DNA of 64,000 nt from Candidatus Melainabacteria bacterium 17Bon1m (GTDB lineage: Bacteria; Cyanobacteriota; Vampirovibrionia; Obscuribacterales; Obscuribacteraceae). Shown here piece by piece: positions 1 through 10,210 of this stretch. Made by a program: the position numbers and the translations under genes. Each line of letters starts with the position of its first letter. The first letter of the stretch is position 1. The notes under the pieces were generated by a model, which saw only the letters and a list, made by a program, of their open reading frames with translations, searched no databases and was not told the origin of the DNA. The stretch is taken from NCBI GenBank assembly GCA_032128875.1, contig JAVLKG010000005.1, forward strand, positions 480,001 through 544,000, written 5' to 3'.

Positions 1-788
1 TCGGCGATGACACAGCCAATGCTCCCGGGCAAAAATCAGTCCTCACCGAGATAAAGGAGCGTCTGGAGAAGACCGGGTGCTCTGATTCAGTGACTTTTAT
101 CAATCGGATTCCACTCGCCGATTTGCCCAAGCACTATAGAGCTGCAGCTGTATGCGTGGTTCCTTCTCTGTACGACAATTCTCCATACACCTGCCTGGAA
201 GCGATGTCTTGCGGACGGGCCGTGATTGGTACCGACGGCGGTGGTACGAAGGAATATATTGTGCATGGTGAGTCGGGTCTGATCGTCCCTGTTAAGGATG
301 CCGGAGCTCTCGCGTCGGGGATAATCAAGCTTTTGAGTGACGAGAAAGAGCGGGCTCGTATTGAGACAAATGCAAGAAGGCGAGTATTGGAAGTTTTTGA
401 TCGCGCTGAAATTGCAAGGAAGACTGCGGAGCTATATAAAAAAGCCGCCCTGCGCTTCTCAGAAGTTCAGACAAGCGCCTACCAGGGCGCGCCGAGCGAT
501 GTGCTGCTGGATGCTGACGAATTTCTCTATCAGCACGACAGAATGATCCGTGACCTCATTTTAGATAGTTCCATTCGAGCTTATTGGAGGGAAACTATGA
601 AGACGGCCGCAGTACGCCCTCGACTGACATTGGTTCGGATGGCTCTGTCCATTCTCAAGGCAGCAGGAATGGGTTCCATGAAGTTTGTCAGGCGTTTGGA
701 TTTACAGGTTCGAGAGAAAGAACGTGAACGGCTGCCTTTGCTTTCTCAAAGAAAGCCTCCGGCTGAACAGCAGAAAGTAGTTGTCTAA
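1..788 (+). CDS. GT4-family glycosyltransferase, C-terminal part (5' end lies outside the window)
   Basis: Frame is open from position 3; PSLYDNSPYTCLEAMSCGRAVIGTDGGG and HGESGLIVP are GT4 C-domain motifs. Confidence 0.9.
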   Translation, partial: GDDTANAPGQKSVLTEIKERLEKTGCSDSVTFINRIPLADLPKHYRAAAVCVVPSLYDNSPYTCLEAMSCGRAVIGTDGGGTKEYIVHGESGLIVPVKDAGALASGIIKLLSDEKERARIETNARRRVLEVFDRAEIARKTAELYKKAALRFSEVQTSAYQGAPSDVLLDADEFLYQHDRMIRDLILDSSIRAYWRETMKTAAVRPRLTLVRMALSILKAAGMGSMKFVRRLDLQVREKERERLPLLSQRKPPAEQQKVVV

Positions 789-3637
789 GCGTTATTTCGC
801 AGCTTTAGCAAGTAAGCACCTGCAATGGCTGCAAGCGTGGCTGCCGCAATGGCTAGACCTGCATAAAATGCGAGAGGAATGTATTCAAAGCGAATTTGAT
901 GTTCTCCCGCCGGGACCTTAACTGCTCGGAAATTGACATTGGCTCGGTACATCGGCACTTCATGTCCGTCTACATAGCTATGCCAGCCGTTGTAGAAGGT
1001 ATCAGTGAGGATCAAGAATGCCTCTCTATCGCATTTGGTTTTGACCAATACTGTTTGAGCATCTGGCCGCTCAATCAATGCCGGCTCGACTGAATCGCTG
1101 GGCGCTTGAAGCTGCAGTTCTTTTGCGGGCGCCTCGATGATGGTTTTGAGATGGGCGTCAAAACCGGAATCTTTCATTTTTTGAAAGGCATCATTGAGTG
1201 AGTCTGCTGCAACGACGTTTAACGCCAGATAAGCCTGCGGCAGTGCCTTGGTGTTTTTATAAAGCAAGATTCCTTCATTGTCTTCTTTGACGAACCGCAG
1301 GCGTGCGTAGCTCAGATCTTGGAAGTTATTGTCTTGAGGAGTAACTTTCAGGAGTTCAACACCATTGGCTCTGATTGGCATAGACGTTTTCAGCGGCAAC
1401 ATGCTCTCTGCCAGTGCACTGTATAGATTGAGCACCAGATAAATATTTCCTCTCCTCTGCTGAAATTCTGGTATCAAAATAGACAGCAGTTGAGTCGATT
1501 CTGATTCGCCCACTTTGCCGACTTCAGACCTGTCTCCGCGTGCAAGAATCTTTCCTGACTCATCCAAAACGTCAATTTCAGCGGCTAAATGAGCAGTATC
1601 TTTGGCTATCAATTCCCAGTCGAACTTGCAGAAAACTTCTCCGTTTGTCGAAAGGCAGTACTCGCCATTTTTCATAACTACTGGATCGAGTAAGTGCTGA
1701 GGCGCTCCATTGAGACAGGCAAATGGTTTGTAATTCAGCGGCTTGTCGGCAATCGAATTAATTGGCCAGCGCGTGATTAAGTATTGGACGCTGGCAGTGT
1801 CGTAAACAGTCGGCAGTGTAAAACCACGATTGGACCATTTTTCACTCCTGCTATCTGCAGTTTTTGCCCGGTTTAGTTTGTGCAGTGCTGCGATCGAGCG
1901 AGGGATAAGTGGTCCATGGATGCGAAAATCTCGCAAACCGTATGAAAGGGCGATATTAGGAAAAAAGACGAAGTGGCATGCGGCGCTCATGCGCTCGCCG
2001 CTCTTTCTGATTTCTTTAATAGCACCGGTGTCTCTATAACTGAACGGGAAGGTGGGTGGCAAAGCAGCTCGACTCGAGTCTCCAAGGCTGAGGAGGTTGG
2101 CGCCGAGTAGGCAGAAGGGTAAAAGAGCAATAGCACCTTTTGGTAACTTGGCAAAATATGCAATCGCTATTAGTGCAAGCGTAATTCCAATTGACACTGC
2201 ACCTTTCAGAGCTTCCGATTTCAATATTGCAGGAACCGGCAAAGTGCCGTCGTAGCCAGGCAGAGGCATATGAGAGTTGAGCAAGAGAAATGGGGCAAGG
2301 GCAAGAACAAGGGCGATTGCAGTAAGACAGATCAGCGCTTTTTTGCTTTTACTTTGAATTTGTTCGCTAATCGAATCGATGCCGTGCGCCGAAAGCAGAG
2401 TCAATACCATTAGAAGAGGTGCATGCAAATATCGCGGAGGAATAAGGCTGCAGACCTGTATTTTTTCCAGAGCCGAGGGCAGGCAGCACCAAACACCGAG
2501 AAAGAGGGCAATAGCGAGCAGCCCTAGATTTTTTCTATGGCCGAAGACGATTGCAAACACCGCCGTCAAAATTGCAATTACTCCGATAAAGACGCTGCCA
2601 CCGGTATTTACAGGTGTGATTAACCCGGCGATCAGTGTTAGTGCTGTGTTTTTTTGAATTGCAAATTCGTGAAACTTGTACGAGTCTGCATTGGCGACGA
2701 GTTCCATAAAAGGCAGCAGCAATGGAGCGCTCAAACAAATTCCGATTATTCCGGCTAGAAAAATATTTTTTCCGACCTGCTCTGGAGGTGCTGCTGGAGT
2801 GTGTTTTCGAGCGGCGAGCATGATTAGCAAAGAATTGAATGTCGCAAGAAAAAAGAATTCAGGGTGCATCGAGGCTATGGCGACTGCCGTCGATGCTCCC
2901 AGCAATGCCACTTTTATGAAGCTCTTGGAGTTGCCCAGGTATACGAAAGCTGATGCCAGAAGGGGAAACATTTGCACTTCATTTGGCAATTCCAGTTCGC
3001 GCAGAATAAACGGACTGAGCCCATAAGCAATAGCTCCGAAAGCAGCGGCGCCGCGCGAAAAGGAAAACAACCTGCAAAGCATAAACATCGATAACGCCGC
3101 AATCAGGCTTTTAATAGCGATGCCGAGATTGTAGAGATATGGATTGGCCGCTTGAAATATGCCTCTGAAAGGAGAAAACGTGCAATATTGCAATTCCCCT
3201 AGCGTTGGAAATCCGCAGCCGAAGCAAGGATTCCATAAGGGCAATCGAAGATTCGACATTTCCTTTTGTGCATACAGCTGGAAAGGTATGTGAAATTGAT
3301 ACAACGATGGGTCGAAGCGCGGTCGATGAAACGTGAAGCGCAACGTATTGTTGAAAAAGTAATCTTCCGACGCTAGAACAGGCAGTTTCGAAAGTTCTTT
3401 GCCTGTTACGACGGTGCGGCCGAAACAGCCAAAGAGTATGAATGCCGCAATGATGATGATAGTCGCCGTCTCAACGGACTTCGGGCGTTGGGTTTCCAAT
3501 TGAGTAGCTTGAGCCTTTCTGCGGAGATATTGTCGGCCGCACGATTCTACAGTTTGTGCCTGGAGTTGTTGCTCTTGGCAAGTGTCCCTCTCGAGATATG
3601 TATTCAGCCTACATGTAGGAAGTAAAAGTAAATTCAA
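785..3637 (-). CDS. YfhO-family / GT-C-like polytopic membrane protein
   Basis: LPLWNP..GCGFP motif, many TM helices, C-terminal LILTDTFYNGW..VDG..RANVNFRAVKVPAGEHQIRFEY typical of YfhO; true start may be TTG at 3499. Confidence 0.8.
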   Translation of the reverse strand: MNLLLLPTCRLNTYLERDTCQEQQLQAQTVESCGRQYLRRKAQATQLETQRPKSVETATIIIIAAFILFGCFGRTVVTGKELSKLPVLASEDYFFNNTLRFTFHRPRFDPSLYQFHIPFQLYAQKEMSNLRLPLWNPCFGCGFPTLGELQYCTFSPFRGIFQAANPYLYNLGIAIKSLIAALSMFMLCRLFSFSRGAAAFGAIAYGLSPFILRELELPNEVQMFPLLASAFVYLGNSKSFIKVALLGASTAVAIASMHPEFFFLATFNSLLIMLAARKHTPAAPPEQVGKNIFLAGIIGICLSAPLLLPFMELVANADSYKFHEFAIQKNTALTLIAGLITPVNTGGSVFIGVIAILTAVFAIVFGHRKNLGLLAIALFLGVWCCLPSALEKIQVCSLIPPRYLHAPLLMVLTLLSAHGIDSISEQIQSKSKKALICLTAIALVLALAPFLLLNSHMPLPGYDGTLPVPAILKSEALKGAVSIGITLALIAIAYFAKLPKGAIALLPFCLLGANLLSLGDSSRAALPPTFPFSYRDTGAIKEIRKSGERMSAACHFVFFPNIALSYGLRDFRIHGPLIPRSIAALHKLNRAKTADSRSEKWSNRGFTLPTVYDTASVQYLITRWPINSIADKPLNYKPFACLNGAPQHLLDPVVMKNGEYCLSTNGEVFCKFDWELIAKDTAHLAAEIDVLDESGKILARGDRSEVGKVGESESTQLLSILIPEFQQRRGNIYLVLNLYSALAESMLPLKTSMPIRANGVELLKVTPQDNNFQDLSYARLRFVKEDNEGILLYKNTKALPQAYLALNVVAADSLNDAFQKMKDSGFDAHLKTIIEAPAKELQLQAPSDSVEPALIERPDAQTVLVKTKCDREAFLILTDTFYNGWHSYVDGHEVPMYRANVNFRAVKVPAGEHQIRFEYIPLAFYAGLAIAAATLAAIAGAYLLKLRNNA

Positions 3638-3735
3638 TTACATCAGACTTCATAAACACGCCATTAAGCGTCATCAGTACTACTGATGCGTTACACTCGA
3701 CCCTTCGAGTTACGTGCTGAATCAGGAGACATCTG

Positions 3736-4347
3736 ATGAACTTTTCTAGCATCAAAACAGGCTTTCAGGTTATTTGCATCGCTGCAGTTGTAGCGTCTGT
3801 ATCTGGATGCACTACCAAAGATCAAAACACCGTGACCGGTGGCTATAAAGGTGTTATCAATCTCGACGGCATCAAATTTGGTCTTCCGGAAGACGCAATT
3901 AAGTCTGCGAGCCTCACGTTTGTTCCGGACAGCAACGTAAGTCAAAACGGGTATTCGCAATACCTGAGCCGCGCTTACGACAAGGACAATGGTCAATACT
4001 GCCTGTCCTATTCGAATGGTCAGCCTAGTCAGCTGCGTGTTATCTACAACAGCACACCGGCACCAAAAGAAAGCGCAATGGCTCGTTTGAAAATGATTTT
4101 GCCTTCAAGCGCTCCGGAAGAAACCAAAGTCAATGACGATGAAGTTAAAGCCGGGAAGAAAGAGAATCCAGTTGAATATCACTTCTACGGTGACAATCTG
4201 AAGGCTGAAGTAATTTTCGCCGACAAAGCAGCTACGACCGTAAAGCTCATCGGTGTTCACAACGTCGTCAAGAAAGGCGCTGCTGCCGCTGCTGATAAAG
4301 CAGCCGCCGATAAGACTGCCGCCGACGAAACAAAGAAAGCAGAGTAG
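3736..4347 (+). CDS. Hypothetical lipoprotein (paralog of 15433..16053)
   Basis: Signal peptide with lipobox VSGC; Ala/Lys-rich repeated tail. Confidence 0.75.
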   Translation: MNFSSIKTGFQVICIAAVVASVSGCTTKDQNTVTGGYKGVINLDGIKFGLPEDAIKSASLTFVPDSNVSQNGYSQYLSRAYDKDNGQYCLSYSNGQPSQLRVIYNSTPAPKESAMARLKMILPSSAPEETKVNDDEVKAGKKENPVEYHFYGDNLKAEVIFADKAATTVKLIGVHNVVKKGAAAAADKAAADKTAADETKKAE

Positions 4348-4609
4348 CTGTCGCCACTCTGGACTATGGTCCACTCTTGTAGGTCCTGGTTATCCCTGAA
4401 TTTTTCTGGCTGCACTGGCCGGATGAACGAACGCACGCGCTAGTTTCTGAAATTTCGTAGACGGTGAAAAAAGCCGCGGATGCAGCAGAGGCAAAATGTC
4501 CAAGCCTTACCTGAAATCGTTCTACTTTACTACGGCGTGAGTCCTGTTATAGTCAGCTCGGACGAGATTTATCACCCGATTATTGGCGCCCAACAAAGAC
4601 TAACCAAAC

Positions 4610-5416
4610 ATGACGGATTACCTGACACGCCTTGAGCATGAAAGCGTATTCATAATACGCGAGGCTTATAAAAAAGTAAGGAACTTGGCCCTTCTGTGGT
4701 CGATGGGAAAAGATTCGACCGTTCTTCTGCACCTTGTGCGGAAGGCATTCCTGGGTCACGTTCCGATACCTCTGGTGCATATCGACACCAGCTACAAGAT
4801 TCCAGAAATGATCACGTGGCGCGATCAATACGTCAAAGATCACGGGCTGCGGCTTATCGTTGGACAGAACAAAGCTGCCCTAGCTGACGGAATGGGACCT
4901 GATAAAGGTCGTCTTGTTTGTTGCGGCGCTTTGAAGACTCAAGCTTTGCTCGACACGATCAAAGAGAACAACATCGGCGGACTTTTGCTCGGCATCAGGC
5001 GCGACGAAGAAGGCTCGCGCGCAAAAGAGCGCGTTGTTTCTCCGAGACCGGAGAACGGAACCTGGACGTATAAAGATCAGGTCGCCGAAATCTGGAATCA
5101 CTACAATTTGCATTTGCCGGAAGAAGTTCACATGCGTGTCCATCCGCTTTTGAGCTGGACCGAGCTTGATGTCTGGGAATACATCGAAAGAGAAAAATTG
5201 GACATCATGCCGTTGTATTTCAGCAATGCCGATGGGCAGCGCTATAGAAGCTTGGGCTGCTGGCCGTGCACGGGCACTATTGATTCGTGCGCATCGACTA
5301 TTGAATCGATCGTAGACGAAATTCGCACCACAAAAACTTCCGAGCGCGCCGGTCGTGCTCAAGACAACGCTGATACCTATGCAATGCAGAAATTGCGCAG
5401 TCAGGGATACATGTAA
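4610..5416 (+). CDS. cysD: Sulfate adenylyltransferase subunit 2
   Basis: LEHESVFIIRE, SMGKDS PP-loop, RRDEEGSRAKER, RVHPLLSWTE, YRSLGCWPCT, ends GYM. Confidence 0.95.
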   Translation: MTDYLTRLEHESVFIIREAYKKVRNLALLWSMGKDSTVLLHLVRKAFLGHVPIPLVHIDTSYKIPEMITWRDQYVKDHGLRLIVGQNKAALADGMGPDKGRLVCCGALKTQALLDTIKENNIGGLLLGIRRDEEGSRAKERVVSPRPENGTWTYKDQVAEIWNHYNLHLPEEVHMRVHPLLSWTELDVWEYIEREKLDIMPLYFSNADGQRYRSLGCWPCTGTIDSCASTIESIVDEIRTTKTSERAGRAQDNADTYAMQKLRSQGYM

Positions 5417-5419
5417 AAG

Positions 5420-7300
5420 ATGACACAGCACGAACAACGAAAAATAGTTATCGTCGGCCATGTCGATCACGGCAAATCGACTCTATTGGGTCGCTTGCTC
5501 ATGGATTTCGGCAAGGTTCCGCAGCAGACTATTGAGAAAGTCAGAAAGGTCTGCGAGTCCCGCGGCGTTCAATTAGAGCCGGCTTTCTTTCTTGATGCGT
5601 TTCAAGAAGAGCAAGAACAAGGCATCAGTATCGATACCACTCGTGTCAATTTTGAATTCGACGGACACCGTTTTCTCCTGATCGATGCGCCTGGTCACCT
5701 GGAGTTTTTGAAGAACATGACCTCCGGCGCCTCTGGTGCCGAAACTGGAATTCTGGTCATCGACGGGCACGAAGGCATCGGTTCGCAAACTCTTCGCCAC
5801 CTGAAAATCTTGGGCATTCTCGGCGTAGGCAAGGTTGTCGTCGTCGTCAACAAAATGGACAAGAGCGGCTACAAGCAGGCGCGCTTCGAAGAAGTCGCTG
5901 CAGAGATTCGTGCACACGTCGAGCGTGAAGGGCAGACATGCCTTGCAGTGGTTCCAATCTCCGCATTGAAAGGTGAAAATCTTACCTCCGCGTGCGAAGG
6001 ATTATCCTGGTATGCCGGACTGCCATTGCTACCGCAGTTGGTGGCAAGCACGACTGCTGTCTCTGTCGACACGGCAGAAGCAGCAGCTGCCGAGCCGCTT
6101 AGAATGGTCTTGCAAGATGTTTATCGTTTTACTGACGAACGCTTTTACGCTGGTCGGATTGTTTCAGGTTCGATCGCACCGGGCGCTCGCGTATTCTTCT
6201 CGCCCTCGGGCAAAGTTTCAACTGTTGAAGCATTGGAGACCTTCCCTCCTCGCGATATGCCGCTGGCGGTGAAGGGCGATTCGGTTGCATTGCGCCTCAA
6301 AGATCAAATCTTTGTTGAGCGTGGAGAAGTTGTTTCTCTGCCGGATCAAACACCGGAAGTAAACAACGAGCTGCAAGCGAAATTGATTTGGTTGAATTCC
6401 GAGCCGCTGGATTGGGCTAACGAATATCTGCTCAAGGTTGGCACTCAAGAAGTCTCTTGCCGCTTGGAACCAAGCAATATGGTTTTCCAGCAGGTCGGCA
6501 ATGGCGATTTCGTTGATGTAGTGATCAAGGCGCAAAAGCCAATCTGTTTTGACAGAAATGGATTTGGCGTGGACAAATTTGTTATCTGCACCACGTACGA
6601 AACAGTTGCTTGCGGCTCGATCATGGCATTGACCACAGCAGCTCCTCAAGGATCTCAGAAGAGCAAAAACATCGTTGTCGAGTCCGGTTTCGTCAAACGC
6701 GAAGAGCACGAAAACCGTCATGGACACAAGGGTACAGTCCTCTGGATGACCGGATTGTCCGGCGCCGGTAAGAGTACTTTGGCTAAAGCCCTGGAAAGAC
6801 GCTTGTTTGCGGCAGGATTCAGAGTGCAAGTTTTGGACGGCGACAATTTGAGAAGCGGCATCTGTGCCGATCTAGGATTTGAGCCAGAAGATCGTGCTGA
6901 AAACATTCGCCGTGTTGCACATCTCTCCAAGCTGTTGTTGAACACCGGCACTGTTGTTATTTCGGCCTGTATCTCACCTTACGAGAAAGACCGCCGCATC
7001 GCCAAAGAAATCATCGGCGCTGAAGACTTCCATGAGCTGTTCATCTTCTGCCCAATTGAAGTTTGCCAGAGCCGCGATCCAAAGGGCCTGTACAAAAAGG
7101 CGTCGGGTGGACAAATCAGCGATTTCTCCGGTTTGAACGCTCCATACCAGCCACCGGCAAACCCGAAATTGCGTCTTGATTCGAGCACCATGAGTATCGA
7201 ATCTGAAGTCGACTCGATCATAGCTATGCTTCAAGCGGAAGGGATTAAACCACCCGTATCGGCAGTTGGAGCCCGTGGTGAACTGGCCTGGAAGCCATGA
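5420..7300 (+). CDS. cysNC: Bifunctional sulfate adenylyltransferase subunit 1 / adenylyl-sulfate kinase (CysN/CysC, NodQ-like)
   Basis: GHVDHGKST, DAPGH and NKMD GTPase motifs; C-terminal WMTGLSGAGKST, LDGDNLR and RDPKGLYKKA APS-kinase motifs. Confidence 0.95.
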   Translation: MTQHEQRKIVIVGHVDHGKSTLLGRLLMDFGKVPQQTIEKVRKVCESRGVQLEPAFFLDAFQEEQEQGISIDTTRVNFEFDGHRFLLIDAPGHLEFLKNMTSGASGAETGILVIDGHEGIGSQTLRHLKILGILGVGKVVVVVNKMDKSGYKQARFEEVAAEIRAHVEREGQTCLAVVPISALKGENLTSACEGLSWYAGLPLLPQLVASTTAVSVDTAEAAAAEPLRMVLQDVYRFTDERFYAGRIVSGSIAPGARVFFSPSGKVSTVEALETFPPRDMPLAVKGDSVALRLKDQIFVERGEVVSLPDQTPEVNNELQAKLIWLNSEPLDWANEYLLKVGTQEVSCRLEPSNMVFQQVGNGDFVDVVIKAQKPICFDRNGFGVDKFVICTTYETVACGSIMALTTAAPQGSQKSKNIVVESGFVKREEHENRHGHKGTVLWMTGLSGAGKSTLAKALERRLFAAGFRVQVLDGDNLRSGICADLGFEPEDRAENIRRVAHLSKLLLNTGTVVISACISPYEKDRRIAKEIIGAEDFHELFIFCPIEVCQSRDPKGLYKKASGGQISDFSGLNAPYQPPANPKLRLDSSTMSIESEVDSIIAMLQAEGIKPPVSAVGARGELAWKP

Positions 7301-7329
7301 AATCAAACGGAGTAGCGGAGTAAAGAGAT

Positions 7330-9108
7330 TTGCAAGGTGCTTTAAGCGGTATTTCTAAAGACTCGGCGCCAGCAAGCCTGCCCGTGGCCGAGAAGCGCGA
7401 AGTAAGCTCAAAAGAATCCGCTGCGTTGGTGCGCACGGATTTCTTGTTAATAGGCTTGCTCATTCTTTTAGAAGCCTTGGTCTTCGGACCGTTTGTCTCA
7501 AAGATCGGCTTTTATCTGGACGACTGGGTCATGGTCTCCCTTTTGCGTGGCGGTCCGCAAGATATTGCCGGTGCCTTTGCCAATTATTTCTTCAATGACC
7601 CTAAGGTGATTATTCGCCCCGTTGAAGTCTTGCACTTTGGATTGCTCTATTTTATTTTCGGCACCAAGCCGCTGGGTTATCACCTGGTCAACGCGTTTTT
7701 CGAAATCTGTGTTTGTGTGCTTCTCTACATGGCGTTGAAGCGCTTCACTGGCAGCCGTTTCCTGTCGTTTGCATCGACTGCGGCTTTTATCTTGTATCCA
7801 ATCAGGGATTCCACTCACTACTGGATATTGTGCAGCTCTGTCTCATTAAGCCTGGGTCTGTATCTGGGCAGTCTCATCTTGTCTTTGAAAGGGCTGCAGG
7901 AGAAAAAGCCAGGGCTCTATATCGCCGCTGCTTTGCCTTTTGCAATTGGCTTGTTCAACTATGAAGTGTTTATGCCTTTTGCTTGCGTGAGCGCCCTCTG
8001 CGTCTTGCTAATGAGCCTGCGAAGCGCCAATCTGTCGAGCTCATTGCGGCAGGCGGTTTATTGTTTTATCCCTCTTTTCGTAAGTGCGCTTGCCTTATTC
8101 GGCTATCAGCGCTTTATCGTGCCGCAACTGGGCATCGGTTTTTTGCACCATTTAGCCATCGACCCTGGTCAAATTTTGCATGTCATTTCGGCTGGTGTCG
8201 GCACTTCAAACATCTTCTCTGCCATGCCGTTTTTCCGTGAGCAAATTTCGGTATTGCTCCTGAATCCGCTCACCAGCTGGAATGTTTTCTCTCTTGCTTT
8301 GATACTCACGGGCACTGCCCTTGCGTCATTCTTCTTGCTCGTCACCGATGCCAGTCAGGTAAAACTGCGAACAATGGCTGAGATTGCCCTTGTTGGGGTG
8401 GCAGCGATTATTACTTCGTTGGCGATTTTCGGTTTGAACAATCAATACGAACCGACTCTTATGACTCTGGTGAACCGCATTTTTACCGGTGCTTCGCTTG
8501 GTTGGAGTTTTATTTTCAGTGCTTCGGTTCTTGCTTGTGCCAGTTTGATCTTTCATCAGATCAAGAGCAAGCTGGCTCTTAAGTCTGCCGCGATAGCGCT
8601 GGCAGGGCTGATGTCTTTTGGTGCGGTTTTCTTTACTCTTGTGAATTGGCAGTTGGCTAATCCATGGGTAGTTTCACAGCGTGCCCAGCAGGATGTGATT
8701 TTTCTTGTCAAAAGTTTGCGCGGCAAGGTCAAGCCATCGGATTCGATCATACTTACGGACTTCCCTCGTTATGTGATGTGGAGTCCGATCTTCGATGGGG
8801 TATGGGACTTTCAATCAATGGTGCGAATCGTTTTGAATGAGCCAAAAATGCGCGCCGGGGTTGTCTCAGATCGTCTGGTCATCGGAAAAGATGACATAAA
8901 AGACATCTCTGTCGGGTATACCTGCGCTACATATCCTATTAAGGACATCAAGCTTCTGGTGCCTGGCCGCAACCAATTGATGCCAGTTACAACGGCGAGG
9001 CAATTCGTTGACTTTGTCGGGGGCAACAGCGCCAAGTCTCTTCTGTCCGCCGATACCGTGGGCAAATGGCAACGTCGCGTTGATGAGTTGGAAGGCGCTG
9101 CTAAGTGA
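7330..9108 (+). CDS. Polytopic membrane protein, probable GT-C-fold glycosyltransferase
   Basis: GFYLDDW acidic pair after TM1, RP motif, GYHLVN, 10+ hydrophobic segments. Confidence 0.65.
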   Translation: MQGALSGISKDSAPASLPVAEKREVSSKESAALVRTDFLLIGLLILLEALVFGPFVSKIGFYLDDWVMVSLLRGGPQDIAGAFANYFFNDPKVIIRPVEVLHFGLLYFIFGTKPLGYHLVNAFFEICVCVLLYMALKRFTGSRFLSFASTAAFILYPIRDSTHYWILCSSVSLSLGLYLGSLILSLKGLQEKKPGLYIAAALPFAIGLFNYEVFMPFACVSALCVLLMSLRSANLSSSLRQAVYCFIPLFVSALALFGYQRFIVPQLGIGFLHHLAIDPGQILHVISAGVGTSNIFSAMPFFREQISVLLLNPLTSWNVFSLALILTGTALASFFLLVTDASQVKLRTMAEIALVGVAAIITSLAIFGLNNQYEPTLMTLVNRIFTGASLGWSFIFSASVLACASLIFHQIKSKLALKSAAIALAGLMSFGAVFFTLVNWQLANPWVVSQRAQQDVIFLVKSLRGKVKPSDSIILTDFPRYVMWSPIFDGVWDFQSMVRIVLNEPKMRAGVVSDRLVIGKDDIKDISVGYTCATYPIKDIKLLVPGRNQLMPVTTARQFVDFVGGNSAKSLLSADTVGKWQRRVDELEGAAK

Positions 9109-10193
9109 AATCATTAGTTTCGATACTCCTGCCTGTTTTCAATGGTGGGAAATTTCTGGAAGCAGCCATAGACAGCGTCTTGGCGCAGACGCATGATAAT
9201 TTCGAGTTGCTTGTCGTCGATGATTGTTCAACGGACGGATCCGTCGCTATAGCCGAACGCTTGAAAGAGCAAGATGCTCGTATCAAGTTTTTCCAGAACG
9301 AGAGCAATGTTGGATTGTTTGCCAACTATAACCGTTGCCTTGAATATGCCTCCGGAGCATACGTAAAACCCTTTGCGCAGGACGATATTCTTGCTCCCGC
9401 TGCAGTCGAGAAAATGTTGCAGGTTCTCGAGCAAGATCAAACAATTGCGCTCACATCATGCGCTCGCAACATAATTGATGCAGAGGGACATGTGACCAAG
9501 ACCCGCTGTGTTATTCCTGAATCTAGGACCTTAAAAGGTCAGGAAGCCATTCTCTACAATATGCTTGCCCTGACAAACTGGATTGGCGAGCCCAGCACCG
9601 TGATGTTTCGAAAGCAATTTACTGGTACTGGATTTGATACCACTCTTTTCCATTATGGCGATCTCGATATGTGGTTTAGAGTTTTGTTGAACGGCGAATA
9701 TCACTTCATTGCCGAGCCACTGGCCAGTTTTAGAACCCACCCGGGCAGTGCGACCAGCAAGAATCTAAGTGGGCTTTTGTTTGCCCTGGACATAATTTCA
9801 ATGTCCGAAAGGTACGCCCAAGTTTTACGAGATACTGGTGTTTCGGATGAACTCTACAAGCGATGTGTATCAGAGTATGCAGCGCTTCAGGTAGATGAGC
9901 TGGTACGCAATGAGGGACTGACGTTGAAAGACGTCATTGCTGCCGCGCGCAAGGGCGCTCGCATAGGAGTTGCAGGCGATGATAAAGAGACAGCATTGAG
10001 AATGATGGATGCTTTCGTCGGGCTGAGCTTTTACACACTGCGTTCACTGACACACACTCTTAGAGAATTGAGTGATGTTCAATGCCGTCTGGGCTCCGAC
10101 AAAGAGTATTTGAGCCGCCGTCTGGAGAATATGGAACAGAGCACGTCCTGGAAGCTCACCGCTCCTATTCGCAAGCTCCTCAGCCAGCAATAG
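9105..10193 (+). CDS. GT2-family glycosyltransferase with C-terminal coiled-coil tail
   Basis: VSILLPVFNG, VVDDCSTDGS, QDD, IGEPSTVMFR; tail STSWKLTAPIRK. Confidence 0.92.
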   Translation: MKSLVSILLPVFNGGKFLEAAIDSVLAQTHDNFELLVVDDCSTDGSVAIAERLKEQDARIKFFQNESNVGLFANYNRCLEYASGAYVKPFAQDDILAPAAVEKMLQVLEQDQTIALTSCARNIIDAEGHVTKTRCVIPESRTLKGQEAILYNMLALTNWIGEPSTVMFRKQFTGTGFDTTLFHYGDLDMWFRVLLNGEYHFIAEPLASFRTHPGSATSKNLSGLLFALDIISMSERYAQVLRDTGVSDELYKRCVSEYAALQVDELVRNEGLTLKDVIAAARKGARIGVAGDDKETALRMMDAFVGLSFYTLRSLTHTLRELSDVQCRLGSDKEYLSRRLENMEQSTSWKLTAPIRKLLSQQ

Positions 10194-10210
10194 TCCTACG
10201 AGTAGTTTTT

